Below the pieces are notes generated by a model. The model was not told the DNA's origin. It did no database searches and saw only the letters and a program-made list of their open reading frames with translations. The position numbers and the translations under genes were made by a program. Below, piece by piece: positions 49,179-61,415 of a stretch of 64,000 bases of DNA. The stretch covers positions 294,004,001 through 294,068,000 of the forward strand of contig OZ024742.1 of the NCBI GenBank assembly GCA_964016885.1. Reading direction: 5' to 3'. Source of the DNA: Eledone cirrhosa. Its lineage: Eukaryota. Position 1 is the stretch's first letter. Each line of letters begins with the position of its first letter.

Positions 49179-49648
49179 ATTAAAGGTGGAAAACTGGGAG
49201 AGGGCACTTGCCCTGGTGGTCAGGGCCGCTGGTCTTTAATGGGCTTTCTCCACAAATGTCCCTCGGAAGTCTCCCCCCTATTGGGGAATTTTTCTTTGTT
49301 ATTTTATTTCAACCTCTGTTTTTTTACACGCAGAAATGCCCATTTGTACCGTCCTGTATTGTCCTGTACTGTCCTTAATGTCTACTTTATGTAAACCCTT
49401 GTGGTTAATAAAGAAAACATTATTATTATTATTATTGTTGTTGTTCTTTGAGTCTCAGCCATTGATGTTGGTTAACTGGAAAGTTTGTTGAAATGAATAT
49501 CAAGCTGCTACCTGCAGCCTCAGATATTCAGGATGTATCGTAGGGTTCTTGCTGTCCCAGCAAGCATGCTTTTTGAAGTGTTCCAAAAAGCGGGGCTGGA
49601 CTAATATTATTATTATTATTATTATTATTATTTTTTTTTTTTTTCTAG

Positions 49649-49736
49649 AATGAAGGTCTTACAACACAATGGGATTATGAGCTTTCTTACTTACTTACAA
49701 CATTGTTATCATCTCATGAATGTGAACGAATTACAG
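49649..49736 (+). CDS. CEP76: CEP76 coding exon 10
   Basis: NEGLTTQWDYELSYLLTTLLSSHECERIT matches DLGLTTVWEDQLSYLLSPALASYEFERTT. Confidence 0.9.
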
Positions 49737-50109
49737 GTAATTATTGATTTTAATCTCAGCTCCACCACATCCACCCTGCAGTGGTAGTAGTGGGGTAAAT
49801 AATAGTAAAGTTAGTTATATTAAATTATCAAGTTATTCTATTACTAATCCTGGAACAATGATACATACACACGCACGCATGAACACACTGACTCATATAC
49901 ACACATGCCAATCAATTAATCAATCATGATGTGTTCTGGATTGAAAGCATTGTGTTAGTCTGAATCAACATGTTGAGGAAAAGTGTGTTTGGAATGACAT
50001 TGGTGCAGTTAGCTCTTCTCTTGCTCAGAAGAAGGAGACATGAATATATTATGAAAGGTTACTGAATGTGGAGAATGTTTAGGAGGAAGTGGAGATAGAC
50101 CCTATAGAG

Positions 50110-50246
50110 CAGACGTTTTCAAAGTGGGTTCCGCAAAGTAGTGTCTGGGGTTCTGTGAAAAAGAAGTAGGGGAGTATATTTATATTATGACCAAAGTTTC
50201 TGAACCAAAAAGGGTTCCGTATTTGAAAAGGTTTGGGAAATCTCTG
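50110..50246. mobile_element. hAT (Charlie/Buster-like) MITE with 8-bp TSD, inside an old RTE fragment
   Basis: CAGACGTTTTCAAA...TTTGGGAAATCTCTG termini; CTATAGAG duplicated at 50102-50109 and 50247-50254. The flanks rejoin into RTE-like DPIEG sequence. Confidence 0.82.
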
Positions 50247-50687
50247 CTATAGAGGGATCAGCTATTGAAGCCAACAGTTATATGATTAAAGAAACCATTA
50301 AGAATATGATGAAAGGGAAAGCAGCTGCACCATCAGGGATAATTGTTGACATGTTGAAAATATCTGGCAAAGTAGGGTTTGAATTAGTTACTTGCGTACT
50401 TAATGGAGACCTTAAAATGGTCCATGATTAAAGTCAACTTTCCCTCTAATGTTTTCCTAACCAGAACATTTGATGCTTTAAACAAAAATATATATTCAAA
50501 ACAACCGAACAGCAGCATTTCAAAGTTACTGTGCAGCAGCATTTTAAAGCTACTGTACAGCAATATATTGATATGTTGTGTATGCTATGTACTATAGGTA
50601 AATGAAGAAAACGTAATTAATTTGTTGAGAATTATAATCCACTGCAATTTCAATTCTATTTACCATGTGAAATATTTGTTTATGAAG

Positions 50688-50817
50688 GATTTAATGCTGG
50701 TAATGAAGAATTTCAAGATGCCCTGCAGCTGGCCATTCCCGAGAAACATACATTCAGTGGTTATCCAATTCAACAAAAACACACAAACATTAAGAAATTG
50801 TTTCATGAAGCTCTCAA
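50688..50817 (+). CDS. CEP76: CEP76 coding exon 11
   Basis: FNAGNEEFQDALQLAIPEKHTFSGYPI matches SAGNEEFQDAIRRAVPDGHTFKGFPI. The acceptor is a weak AAG; the donor is GTAAGG. Confidence 0.88.
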
Positions 50818-52113
50818 GTAAGGTCTTTTAGATTTTATTTCCAATTGTTTTTTTTTTTTTATTCAAAAAAGAATTTCTGAAATTTTATTTTATATTAAGT
50901 TTATTATTAACTTAAAACTTTGACCTCAATGACCTGTTAGTCTGTCTGGTCTATCATACGTCTCTTTACTTCTGTTATTTACACCATGTAATATGGAATG
51001 AACTTCTGTTGGTTTCAACAGTGAGTGTTACAGTTGTTGGATCAACAGAACAGTCTGCTTTTGAAATTAACGTGTCAGTGGCTAATGGACCCATTATGTA
51101 ATTAATTCTCTTGGAAATTCAGCATGATACTGTTGGTGACAAGGCTGGCCTTTTGAATTGCATGAACAATCCATCTGAAGCTATCGTAAAAGACATTTGC
51201 CCAAGATGTCATCCAGTGGGATCAAACCTGGGACCTTATGGTTGCAAAGTGAACTTGTTAACCATTCAGCCATGCTACATCACATATCCACAATTTTAAC
51301 CACCTTGAATCAAATTGTTTTGCAATGAGTTCTTTTGTAAGGCATTGTTGTCAAGTTTTTACATTTATTTTGATATGATATGATGAATATCATCTTTTTT
51401 TTGGGGGGTGATTTTTATGTGGACACCCAGGGTTGGGAAATGTATGCATGGCAGGAGGACAGAGTTCAAAGGGTTTAGTATGTAGGGCAATATATATAAG
51501 TGGAAGAGATTTGTATCACATTCCATATCTTATAGTGATTATATAAAGGTTGTAACTATCATGTTGTTGAACCCCAGAGAAGTTCTGATAGAGCAGACAT
51601 ATTATCAAAGTTATTCCAGTCAGGAACATTGTGTTTGTATGTGTCTAGATATATATGCTTTGATGTGTTCCCTATTTCAAGATAAGATGAAATGGCAAAG
51701 CGTAGGACAAAATAACTTGGAATATTCTTACTCTGCACTCTGACTTCAGATCTTACCAAAGTAAATTTTGCATTTCATCCTTTTGGGATTGTGAAAATAA
51801 AGTATGAGTCAAGGACAGTGGATTGATGGAATTGTTAGTAGATCAGATGAGATGCTTTAGTTCAAATCTTGCTGAGATCTATTCAGGTGCTAAAATTAAT
51901 CTGTCACCCAGTTTAACACCAGAATATGACACTTGGGTGCCTTTCACATAGTCTACTCTGTTCCTAGCATTTGGACCAGGTCCCCAGTCTCAGAGGTCCT
52001 GAAAAGAGTCATTGTTATTACCCTTCCCTTGCTGACTAAACAGTCAAGAAAAAAAAATGTTTTTTATATTTGTTATATAAATACTGATATTTCTCTTCCA
52101 TTTGTTTTGCTAG

Positions 52114-52252
52114 GTCGTCTGTCTGTCAAGATATCATCTCATGTCGAGGAGATAAAGTACGCCTTTCTGTCAGAGTTTGTGTCTTTCCCTATCCTGAAAA
52201 TGTCTGTGCAATGTGGGCAATGTTTGCCTGTGTTTTCCAAAGGATTATTTAA
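52114..52252 (+). CDS. CEP76: CEP76 coding exon 12 (terminal)
   Basis: SSVCQDIISCRGDKVRLSVRVCVFPYPENVCAMWAMFAC...* matches the CEP76 C-terminus. The exons sum to 1914 nt, i.e. 637 aa plus stop. Confidence 0.93.
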
Positions 52253-52502
52253 ACAATATTTCATTGCTGGAACATTTAGAATACAAATGACACCTCACCA
52301 ATTTTAACTCTTGTGATTTATACGATAACCAACATGTCATGGTGGTTAATATTAATCAGACTGTTGTAGACATATTTTAACTTCACTTGTTTATGTTTTG
52401 TTTCAATTTGTGGATCTTCTTCAACTGCTGAAATTTTACTTATTTATATAAATGATGATAACAATTGTATGTATGTGTGTGTATATATGTGTGTTTATAT
52501 AT

Positions 52503-52930
52503 ATCATCACGGTTTTTACGTCCATTTTTCCACGCTTGCATGAGTTGGCACAGCATCTCTCCACATGCCACATTCTTTTGTCATCTCCTGTGTGTCTCTG
52601 CGACTTGAGATCAGCTCTCACCACTTCTGCCCAGGTCTTCTTGGTCTAGCTCTACCGCAGCTTCCTACCACTGGGATTTCCTGGCACTTCTTTACCCAGT
52701 GATCCTTGTGCATCACATGTCCATATCAACTCAGTCTTCTCTGCTGCACATTACATCTGATTTCTCTTATATTCAGTCTCTCTCACGTCATTCATGCACA
52801 TCAACAGTGTGTATCCCTTGAATCATGATCTCCAGCCTTCACATATCCTTTGCAGTCACTACCCATGTTTCACTACCATGCAGTATTGCACATCTCACAC
52901 AGTCATCATACAGCTGACTTTTTATAGCGA
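52503..52930 (-). mobile_element. Old RTE 3' fragment (antisense)
   Basis: Reverse complement of the RTE terminus (TTTTACGTCC...CCACGCTTGCATG) and CACATGTCCATATC (YGHV). Confidence 0.6.
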
Positions 52931-54190
52931 GAAACATCTTATTCTAGCAACTATGCTCCTGGAACACCCACCTGTTAATTTGGTCACCTAGATAGCAGAA
53001 GCTATCAACCTCTTTTACGGTCCTACCTGGGATTGAAAAAGAAGTATGTTACTAACACTCTTGCTATCAATTTACCCTGAGTATCTATTTCATACAAAGT
53101 CTTTTCTTTCTTGTTAATCTATACATTATAGATGTACGTATGTGTGTGTGTCAAAATGTCTAAGGAAAGAATCGCTGGACTGATTTTACAAACCAACCAG
53201 CAGGAGACCCATGGATAGACCTTGAGCAAGATAGTTGTATAACATCCATGAGCTTGGCTGGTCTCACTTGGGGATAAAGTTGGTTTAGTAGGAAATGCTT
53301 GCTTCTGACTGGACCCACTGGAAGGCATGCTTGAGGACACTGCCCCTACAACCTTCCCAAGAATAAGTGGATGAGGAAGTATGTGTATGTATATACATAT
53401 ATACACATACACATGTAGCTCCATTATATAAATGATGATGATAACAAGGTTACCTTATTCCAAAATATACAGTAAAACTAACAACTTGAAATTAAATATT
53501 TTTTTGTAGTTCATTGATATGTTCACATTTTTTCATGTTTTATTTTAATACAGTCATCTGATAATATCTGGCGATATGAGAGGATGTGTGACCTCGTGGT
53601 TAGTGTGTTGGGTTATGACTTTGATCTTCATTCCTGGTGGAATTGTTCCATTTTTACATTGCTCTTGTCAATTCAACTGGATAAATAAGTATTACTTGAG
53701 GATTAACTCTGTGATGGACTGGTGTCTCATCCAGGGAGGAGTCTAGGTCTTGTCTCTGTCGTTTAACATTACATGAAACTGGGATAAGCTCTGAATCAAG
53801 ACAAACTTAAACTTTTAACTCTCTGGTGCTATAGAATATTTATTTATATCTATTTGGTGCTATACAGTATTGATTTTTACCAAATTTGGAAATATATTTG
53901 ATACTTTCCAGTATTTATTTTATGAAAATATTTTTATCTATGTAAGCTATATTTATGAGGGACTTATATATAATTTATAATGACACGGGGTTATTCAGTA
54001 ATTGTTATATATTTTATATCCATCAACTGATTTATTATTACAAGAGTTATTCAAAGGATTATTCATAATGACTAACTTATATATTACATATTGACACACC
54101 ACATACTATAAGAGATAATACAATAAATGTATTACATAATGACTGATTGATATATATTACATAGGGTTATTAAATATTGAGGGACATACA

Positions 54191-54372
54191 TAAGGTGGGC
54201 CAAAAGTCACTTCTTACCTATTTTTATTAAAACATTTTCAAATTAACACAAAACTAATTTTTTTTTACTTTAGATTAAATTTCAATAATTGGATCTTGTT
54301 TTTATTCAACTTTAATCTGAAAAAAAAATGTTAATAATAAATAAAATAGGAAGTAACTTTTGGCCCACCTTG
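54191..54372. mobile_element. Tc1/mariner-like MITE
   Basis: TIRs AAGGTGGGCCAAAAGT(C/T)ACTTC at both ends; TA at the right flank. Confidence 0.75.
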
Positions 54373-54503
54373 TATATATATACATATATATGTATATATA
54401 CACACACACACACAAACATAAGAGTTTATACAATAAATTTATTACATATTGACTGACTGATATTATTACAAGACATTAATAAATACAGTTATTACGTATT
54501 ATG

Positions 54504-54770
54504 TGGAGGCACATTGCTTAGTGGTAAGGGTATTAGACTTACAATCATAATGTCGTGGGTTTGATTCCTGGGTTGGCTTGCGAGTTGTGTTTTTTGAGTA
54601 AAACATTTCATTTCACATTGCTCCAGTATACTCAGCTGAAAATGAGTACCAGCAACAGCTGGGGGGTTTAACCCTGCACTGGACTGGCGTCCTTGTACTC
54701 TCAGTTGCTTCACGCCATGAAACCGGGATAAGCAGCAGCCAAATGAGCCTTCTGGCTTGAGACAGACTTT
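54504..54770 (+). mobile_element. Older SINE with family-A head/core but a different tail
   Basis: GGAGGCACATTGCTTAGTGG...CACATTGCTCCAG..ACTCAGCTG, then AACCCTGCACTGGACTGGCGTCC...GAAACCGGGATAAGC. Relatives at ~53580-53800 (+) and ~61690-61840 (-). Confidence 0.75.
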
Positions 54771-57274
54771 AGAAACAATGATTGACTGATATATTATTAC
54801 AAGAGATTATTAAAAGGGTTATTACATATTGAGCAACTGATATATTATAAGAGATTGTTCAATATAGTTATTACATATTGATTGGCTGATATATTTATTA
54901 CATAATGATGAACTGATATAAAATATGTTAACATTAACCAAGAAATCAACTGGCAGAAGGTCTTCAGAGAAGAAACATCTAGTGGTGGGGGTTTCTTTTC
55001 TGAAGAATTTCTGCTGTCCAGCTCTCCTGAGAGTTTCTTACCACTAAGAAATCAACTGGCTTCAGTTGACTTCATTATTGATGAAGTTTCTATGAATGAG
55101 ATAATTTTCCTCTGGAGGAGATTATCTTTTACAATGTTTATAATTTGAATATTCAAAATGAATTTCAAAAGATTTTCTTACTATTTCATATATTTTTAAA
55201 TAATCAAAATCTGTCCATTAAAAAAAAACAAACCATTCTGTCTGTATTTGTGAAATTTGGTCTCCGCAGTGAATACAACTTTGCTGTGTGTATCCTGTTT
55301 AGAATAGGTACACTGTATCCCTGAATGTTGTAAGAAGCAACTAAAAGGATTGGCATACCAAAGGCATCCAGCTGTAAGACTTTGCCTGAAAAAAGGGCCC
55401 CCCCTCCCACTATTGATGAGTATGAAGCCTATCATGGTGCCTACAAGGTTAACCCTATTTTAGTAAGGGGTCCTTAAAATGCTTATTTGTGTATTCGGAG
55501 ATTACAACTGCTGGAAAGTTGAAAGAACATTTTCACAAGATTTTCTTTACATCTGTTGTAAATAAAGTGTATTTATCTTTTCTAACCAATTTCTATTCTA
55601 GAATTTTCCTCTGAATTCTATTTTTTAAACGTGATTTGTAACAACTTCAGTCATTTTAACCCTTTAGCATTTACATTACTCTTTATTTACTATTGTATTT
55701 TAACATAATATTGAATCTATGAGATTTTGAGAACAATAATGGTATGAGTGGCCAGTTTGAACAGAAAGAATTCTGGCCAGATATGGCCAGTTTAAATGCT
55801 AAAGGGTTAAGCCTTTTTTTTTTTTTTTTTTTTTATACAACAAAAACAAAAAAAAAAATGATACCAAAACATCAACAAATTGTACTGAAACACACAAAAA
55901 AATTTTTGTTGTTAGAATTTAACACGGTGATCTGGTGTTTATTCTTGCCCATTGTGCTCTCTTAGTTCAAATCCTACTTTGCCTTTCATCCAGTTCAGGG
56001 GCAGTGGATTGGCAGCATTGTTAAGAGTGGGACAAGATACATTTCAGTATCTGTTCTGGCTCTGGGTAGTCTGAGTTCAAATCTCATCTTCTGTCAGGTG
56101 TTGACTAGTGGATAGTATCAGTAATGGAAAGACCAAAGGAAATATTGTTTCCTTGATTTGATTTGATCTGATCTGATGATAGGTTTCTTTAGTTCCTTAA
56201 GTTTGTTGTCTTATTCTTCAATGTCTATTCCAATGCTACAGTTTGTTAAACATTATCTTTCATATTATCTTAGAGTTTAATTCTTTAATGAATGTTTTTA
56301 GATTTTATAATTCATAATTTGAAATTGGAATTTGTAAGAAAAATACAAGAGAAAAAACCCATTTTTACAAATTGTGAAATTTTGTTTAATAAAAAATATA
56401 AAAAAAAATATTTTTGTTGTTCTTTCAATTCAGCTTATTGTTACCATAATTCTAATAAAAGACAGTCTATGATTTTCAAATCATTTTGATAACTTTATAA
56501 GATCACTATAAGTTAACTCTAGAACCGGTAATTTCAAACATCAGAAAAACCACATTAGTGGTATTTGATAATTAAGTTAGGTAAAGTCTTTCTCAAGACC
56601 AGAGCTTCATCCATGAGATATTAAGTGACTGGGAATACAAGGTTAATCCCAACTGAATGGATTGGAGCAAAGTGAAATAAGTGTCTTGCTGAAGGACACA
56701 GTATAGAGCCTGATCCAGGGATCAAACTCATGGGGCCACACACCTTCACTATTTAATAAATAGCATTCAATAATTTGTCGAAGGTATGTATATGAGAGGA
56801 AAATATATAAATTATAACAAAATGAATAAAAAACAATATATACTTGCTGTTAGCATAGTATTTATTATTATATTCCTTTAATTTAAGAGTTTTTCAAATA
56901 TTCAAGTCAGTTAAAGTATAGGACAGGAAAATGGTATGTGACAGTTAGTATGGGTGGGCTGTTATCACTTGAGTAACTTTAGTGGACTTCTTGGAATTGT
57001 TTCTGCCAGGAGTCACAACCAGCAGATAGTAACAGCGATGGAAAGACAAATGGAAACATTTTTTTCCTTGGTCCCATCTGATGATTGGCTGCTTTCCCTG
57101 TTTTTGGTGTTGTTTTACACTAAATTGTTTGAGATTTTTTCAAGAGCCAAAGAAGCAATAACAAGAACTGATGCAAAGAAAATGAACAAGTTGAAAATAT
57201 TCTCCTTAACTGCACCAATACGGTTAGCATGAACAACAAAAGTCCAAGGTGGGTGGGAATTGTTTTAGAATGAA

Positions 57275-57515
57275 CTAGAGATCAGCTTTTGGAGCAAGTG
57301 AAACTGGAATGGCCTTCATTTCTGATCTCATGCATAAGAATTCTCCGGAAACAGTCATTAGAATGAGAGAAATGACATTAGTTAGCCACCAGTAAAAATT
57401 TTGTGGAAACCGAGCGTTATAGATCCAACAACAGAAGAAGTGGATAATATGTACTGTGGCAGCATAGTCCAGACACTGTTTTGTTTTTTGAACAACAATC
57501 CATAATCCAAAAGCG
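57275..57515 (-). CDS. SYS1: SYS1 Golgi trafficking protein, terminal coding exon
   Basis: AFGLWIVVQKTKQCLDYAATVHIIHFFCCWIYNARFP...GEFLCMRSEMKAIP..APK matches SYS1 (KQCLDF.VTVH...GEYLCMRTELKEIP). TTTTTCAG acceptor, TAG stop. Confidence 0.92.
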
Positions 57516-57894
57516 CTGAAAAATAGCAAAAAGAAGACGTAATAAATATAAAATATAAACAACAAGAAAATATACAAGAGCAATGGTTATTCTTATGATT
57601 ATTTGATTGTTTAACCATTTCATTACAACATTTCTAATGAAAGATACTGTCCATGATTTTCAAATCATTTTGAAAATAATCAATAATGTGGATGGATTTA
57701 GTAAAATAACTAACTTTCTCATTATTAATCTGGTGTTTGGAACAAAATGTTTTTATATAAAATTGAGAAGGTTTTAAGATAAATATAAACACTTTAACCT
57801 TTTCTTTACCCATGGAAAATACTGCCTATGATTTTTAAATAATTTTGAAAAAAAAAAAATTAATAATTTGGAGGGATATTGATCCTAACAACAA

Positions 57895-58078
57895 CAATTG
57901 TTTCTACTTTTGGCACCAGGCCAGCAATTATCCCAGTGCATTACTGGTACTTTATTTTATCGACCCCGTAAGGATGAAAGGCAAAGTTAACTTTGGCGGG
58001 ATTTGAACTCAGATCATAAAGGGAGGTAACTATGCTTCAAAGCATGGCGCCTGACCCTCTACCGATACTGCCAATCCA
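57895..58078 (-). mobile_element. SINE family B in SYS1 intron
   Basis: Reverse complement of the family B consensus. Confidence 0.85.
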
Positions 58079-58113
58079 ACAACAATAATAAATATAAATA
58101 TACTTTAACTTAC

Positions 58114-58181
58114 CAACATAAAGAATTGAGAGCAAACCCAATAGCATTTATTCGACCAGTATCTTCCCCAAAATCCAAATC
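58114..58181 (-). CDS. SYS1: SYS1 internal 68-nt coding exon
   Basis: TTACAG|DLDFGEDTGRINAIGFALNSLC(C)|GTAAGT resembles LGFSTPPGRLSMMSFILNALTC, and the phase matches the terminal exon. The first coding exon was not found in the window. Confidence 0.85.
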
Positions 58182-58662
58182 CTGTAATAAAATGATATAT
58201 AATCAACAATTACTTATAAAAAGTTGAGATGATCACAATGAATAAACAAACTTGATCATGATGATGGCACTCCTGTTGGTTTTAATGAGCATAGATTAAC
58301 TGAGTGTCTGATATTTGAATTAATGTGTAAGAGGTTAAGTATTCCACAGAGACATGTACCCATAATATAATTCTCTGGCAGAATAAGCATGACATAATAT
58401 GTCACAAGGTTGATCATTTGAATTAAGGTCCAGTTCGTCCAACAGACTTCTAAATAGTTTTTATCTACTTAAAGAAAGTCAAAGTTTGAAAGCCATGACA
58501 ATGCGGATTTGGATAGAGAATAATTAAATCGTAAGAAACAGGGCTTGTTTTTTTATCTTAATTTATTCATATGTCCTGATATTTCAAGATTACTATCTCT
58601 TCTGAGGAAAATAAAAAACTATTTCAGTATCCGATGTGGCTTGCTATACCATACTGACCAAC

Positions 58663-61063
58663 ATGGTATAGCAAGCCACATTGGAGAGTGACTTGGTGGT
58701 GGAACAATAAGGTAGATGAAGCAGTCAAGGCCAAGAGACAGGCATGGAAAGAATGGAAGAACGGGGGGAGCAGGGTACATTACATAGAGACCAAGAGGGA
58801 AGCTAGGCGACAAGTATACTTAGCTAGGAGGGAAGCAGAGGATAGAAAATTCAAGCATGTTTTACAACGTGAGGACCAGAAACAGGAGGTATTCAAGATT
58901 GCGAGGCAGTGTGTCAGAGATAGTTGTGATGTCATTGGAGAGAAGTGTATCCGGAATGATAAAGGTGAGCTTGCCCTCACAAGTGCTGAGAAGAAAGATG
59001 CATGGAAGAGTCATTATGATAGATTACTAAATGAGGAGAATGCATGGGAAGAAGAGACCCTACCCCACGTAGACCCTATAGAGGGACCAGCAGTACAAGT
59101 CAGCGGCAGCGTAGTAAGTAAGGCAATCAGAGATATGAAGATAGGGAAGGCAACCGGTCCATCGGGTATAGCTGCCGAGATGCTGAAGGCATCTGGGTCT
59201 GTAGGTCACACTATAACCACACGTATCGTTAACCAGGTAATACTAGAGGGGGCCATACCAAAAGATTGGTGCAGTAGCATCATTGTCAACTGCTACAAAG
59301 GTAAAGGCGATGCACTAGATAGAGGAAACTATAGAGGTATAAAGTTGATGGACCAGGTCATGAAAGTAACAGAAAGAGTTATAGCACAGCTGATTAGGGA
59401 CCGGGTGAATATAGACGAGATGCAATTTGGGTTTGTTCCAGGGAAAGGCACCACTGATGCGCTCTTCCTTGTGAGGCAATTACAGGAAAAGTACCTAGCT
59501 AAAAGTAAGCCACTCTACTTGGCATTTGTCGACCTTGAGAAAGCCTTTGACAGAGTTCCACGTGCAGTAATCTGGTGGGCTCTTAGAAAACTAGGAGTAG
59601 ATGAATGGCTTGTGAAAGCGGTACAAGCCATGTATAGGGGAGCAGTCAGCAAAGTTAGGATTGGCAATGAGTATAGCGAGGAATTTAGCGTACAGGTTGG
59701 GGTCCACCAGGGCTCTGTTCTTAGCCCTCTCCTGTTCATCATAGTCCTGCAGGCAATAACGGAGGAGTTTAAGACCGGATGCCCATGGGAACTCCTGTAT
59801 GCTGATGACCTCGCACTCATAGCTGAATCTATGGTAGAACTAGAGAATAAATTCCAAACCTGGAAGCAGGGACTAGAGAGAAAGGGCCTCAAAGTCAACA
59901 TGACAAAGACTAAGGTCCTTATAAGTAGACGAGAAAACAGAACCCAGATCCCCTCAGGGAAATGGCCTTGCTCAGTATGTAGGAAAGGTGTAGGTAGGAA
60001 CTCCATTCTCTGCCCCAAATGCAAACAATGGGTACACAAGAGATGTAGCGGGATCTCAGGAAGCTTAATTAAGAATGTAGGATTCACATGCAGCAGCTGT
60101 GCTGAAACAGCAAGCAAACAGCCACAGGAAACAAGTACCACCAATCTCTGGGAGGGCCCTGTAGAAACAGTAGACAGCTTCTGCTACCTAGGTGACCGAA
60201 TTAGCAACGGAGGTGGGTGCTCAGAAAGTACAATAACTAGGGTAAGAACGGGATGGAAGAAGTTTAGGGAACTACTACCACTGCTAGCTGCAAAAGGCTT
60301 CTCCCTCAGAATGAAAGGCAGACTGTATGATGCGTGTATCCGAACAGCGATGTTGCATGGTAGTGAGACCTGGGCGCTGAAGGTGGAAGACTTACGTAGA
60401 TTAGAGAGAAACGAAGCCTGCATGCTCCGATGGATGTGTAACAGTAATATACGTGAACGACAAAGCATAAATGAATTGAGAGAGAGACTGAGCATAAGAG
60501 GAATCAAATGCTGCGTGCAGGAGAGGCGGTTACGCTGGTATGGACATGTGATGCGTATGAAGGATGACAGCTGCATAAAAAGGTGCAGAGCACTAGAAGT
60601 TGATGGAAACCGCGGAGTGGGGAGACCCAAGATGACTTGGGATGAGGTGATAAAAGCCGACCTTACCCAACTACACCTCTCAAAGTCAATGACACACGAC
60701 CGTGACTTCTGGCGTCACGCAGTAATACAGGGTACCCGACCTCCCATGGGTACATGCTGAAGCATATAAACAATATGCCCCCCCCCCCCCACCGCAAGGT
60801 GGTCGTGGAGGTGCCACGGCAAAAAAGCACCCAGCCCACACTGTAAAGTGGACGTGTAGGCGCCACGAAAAAGCACCCAGCACTCACTGTAAATGAGGTT
60901 GGTGTTAGGAAGGGCATCCAGCTGTAGAAATCAAGCCAGATCAGTTCCTGTATGAGCAAGGCATGGTCAGCCGACCAGACACTGCCCACAACAGGACAAC
61001 CCGTCTAACCCATGCTAGCGTGGAAGAACGGACGTAAAACGGTGATGATGATGATGATGATGA
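58663..61063 (+). mobile_element. 5'-truncated RTE-type LINE with uninterrupted 690-aa RT ORF, antisense within a SYS1 intron
   Basis: ORF 58688-60760 has TWWWN, YRGIKL, QFGF, DLEKAFD, QGSVLSP, YADD, a PHD-like finger and RLRWYGHV. There is no endonuclease domain; (GAT)n tail. Confidence 0.93.
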
Positions 61064-61415
61064 TTGGACACCAGAATAGTTCTTTATTTTCATTGGAAGA
61101 AGAGATATTAATCTCAAAATATCATGAATAAATTAAGGTCCAAACCCATATTGTCATAGCTTTCAAACTTCGAATTTCTTTATACCATATACAATGTTTC
61201 AAGTAAACTACAAATTCCTTCATTATCTACTTAATTTTACTCACAAGACTTAAGTTGATCCAAGGTTATAGTAAAGATATTTTCCAAAAATTGAACTTGG
61301 GATCTCATGTTTGCAAAATGAACTCCTTTTATGAAGTCAGAAACACTCTCCTCACCTCTCAATAATAATGTGTAAATGTTTGGCCCTTTTGTGACTACAT
61401 TTCTAATGAAATAAT

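Larger units (their letters stand above)
43533..49418 (+). mobile_element. Near full-length L1/Tx1-type non-LTR retrotransposon in CEP76 intron 9
   Basis: 5'UTR, ORF1 with CCHC knuckle, ORF2 with APE-RT-zinc finger, and a 3'UTR with AATAAA. Flanked by (ATT)8 on the left and (ATT)6 on the right. Confidence 0.9.
53950..54925. repeat. Degenerate ~45-bp tandem repeat interrupted by a MITE and a SINE
   Basis: Recurrent TATTACATA(A/T)TGACTGA.TGATAT.TTATTACAAGAG.TTATT units. Confidence 0.7.

Noticed and set aside
56954-57232. 92-aa plus-strand ORF and a 38-aa minus-strand small ORF in the SYS1 3'UTR
   Set aside because: No homology or splice support; non-ATG start for the plus-strand ORF.
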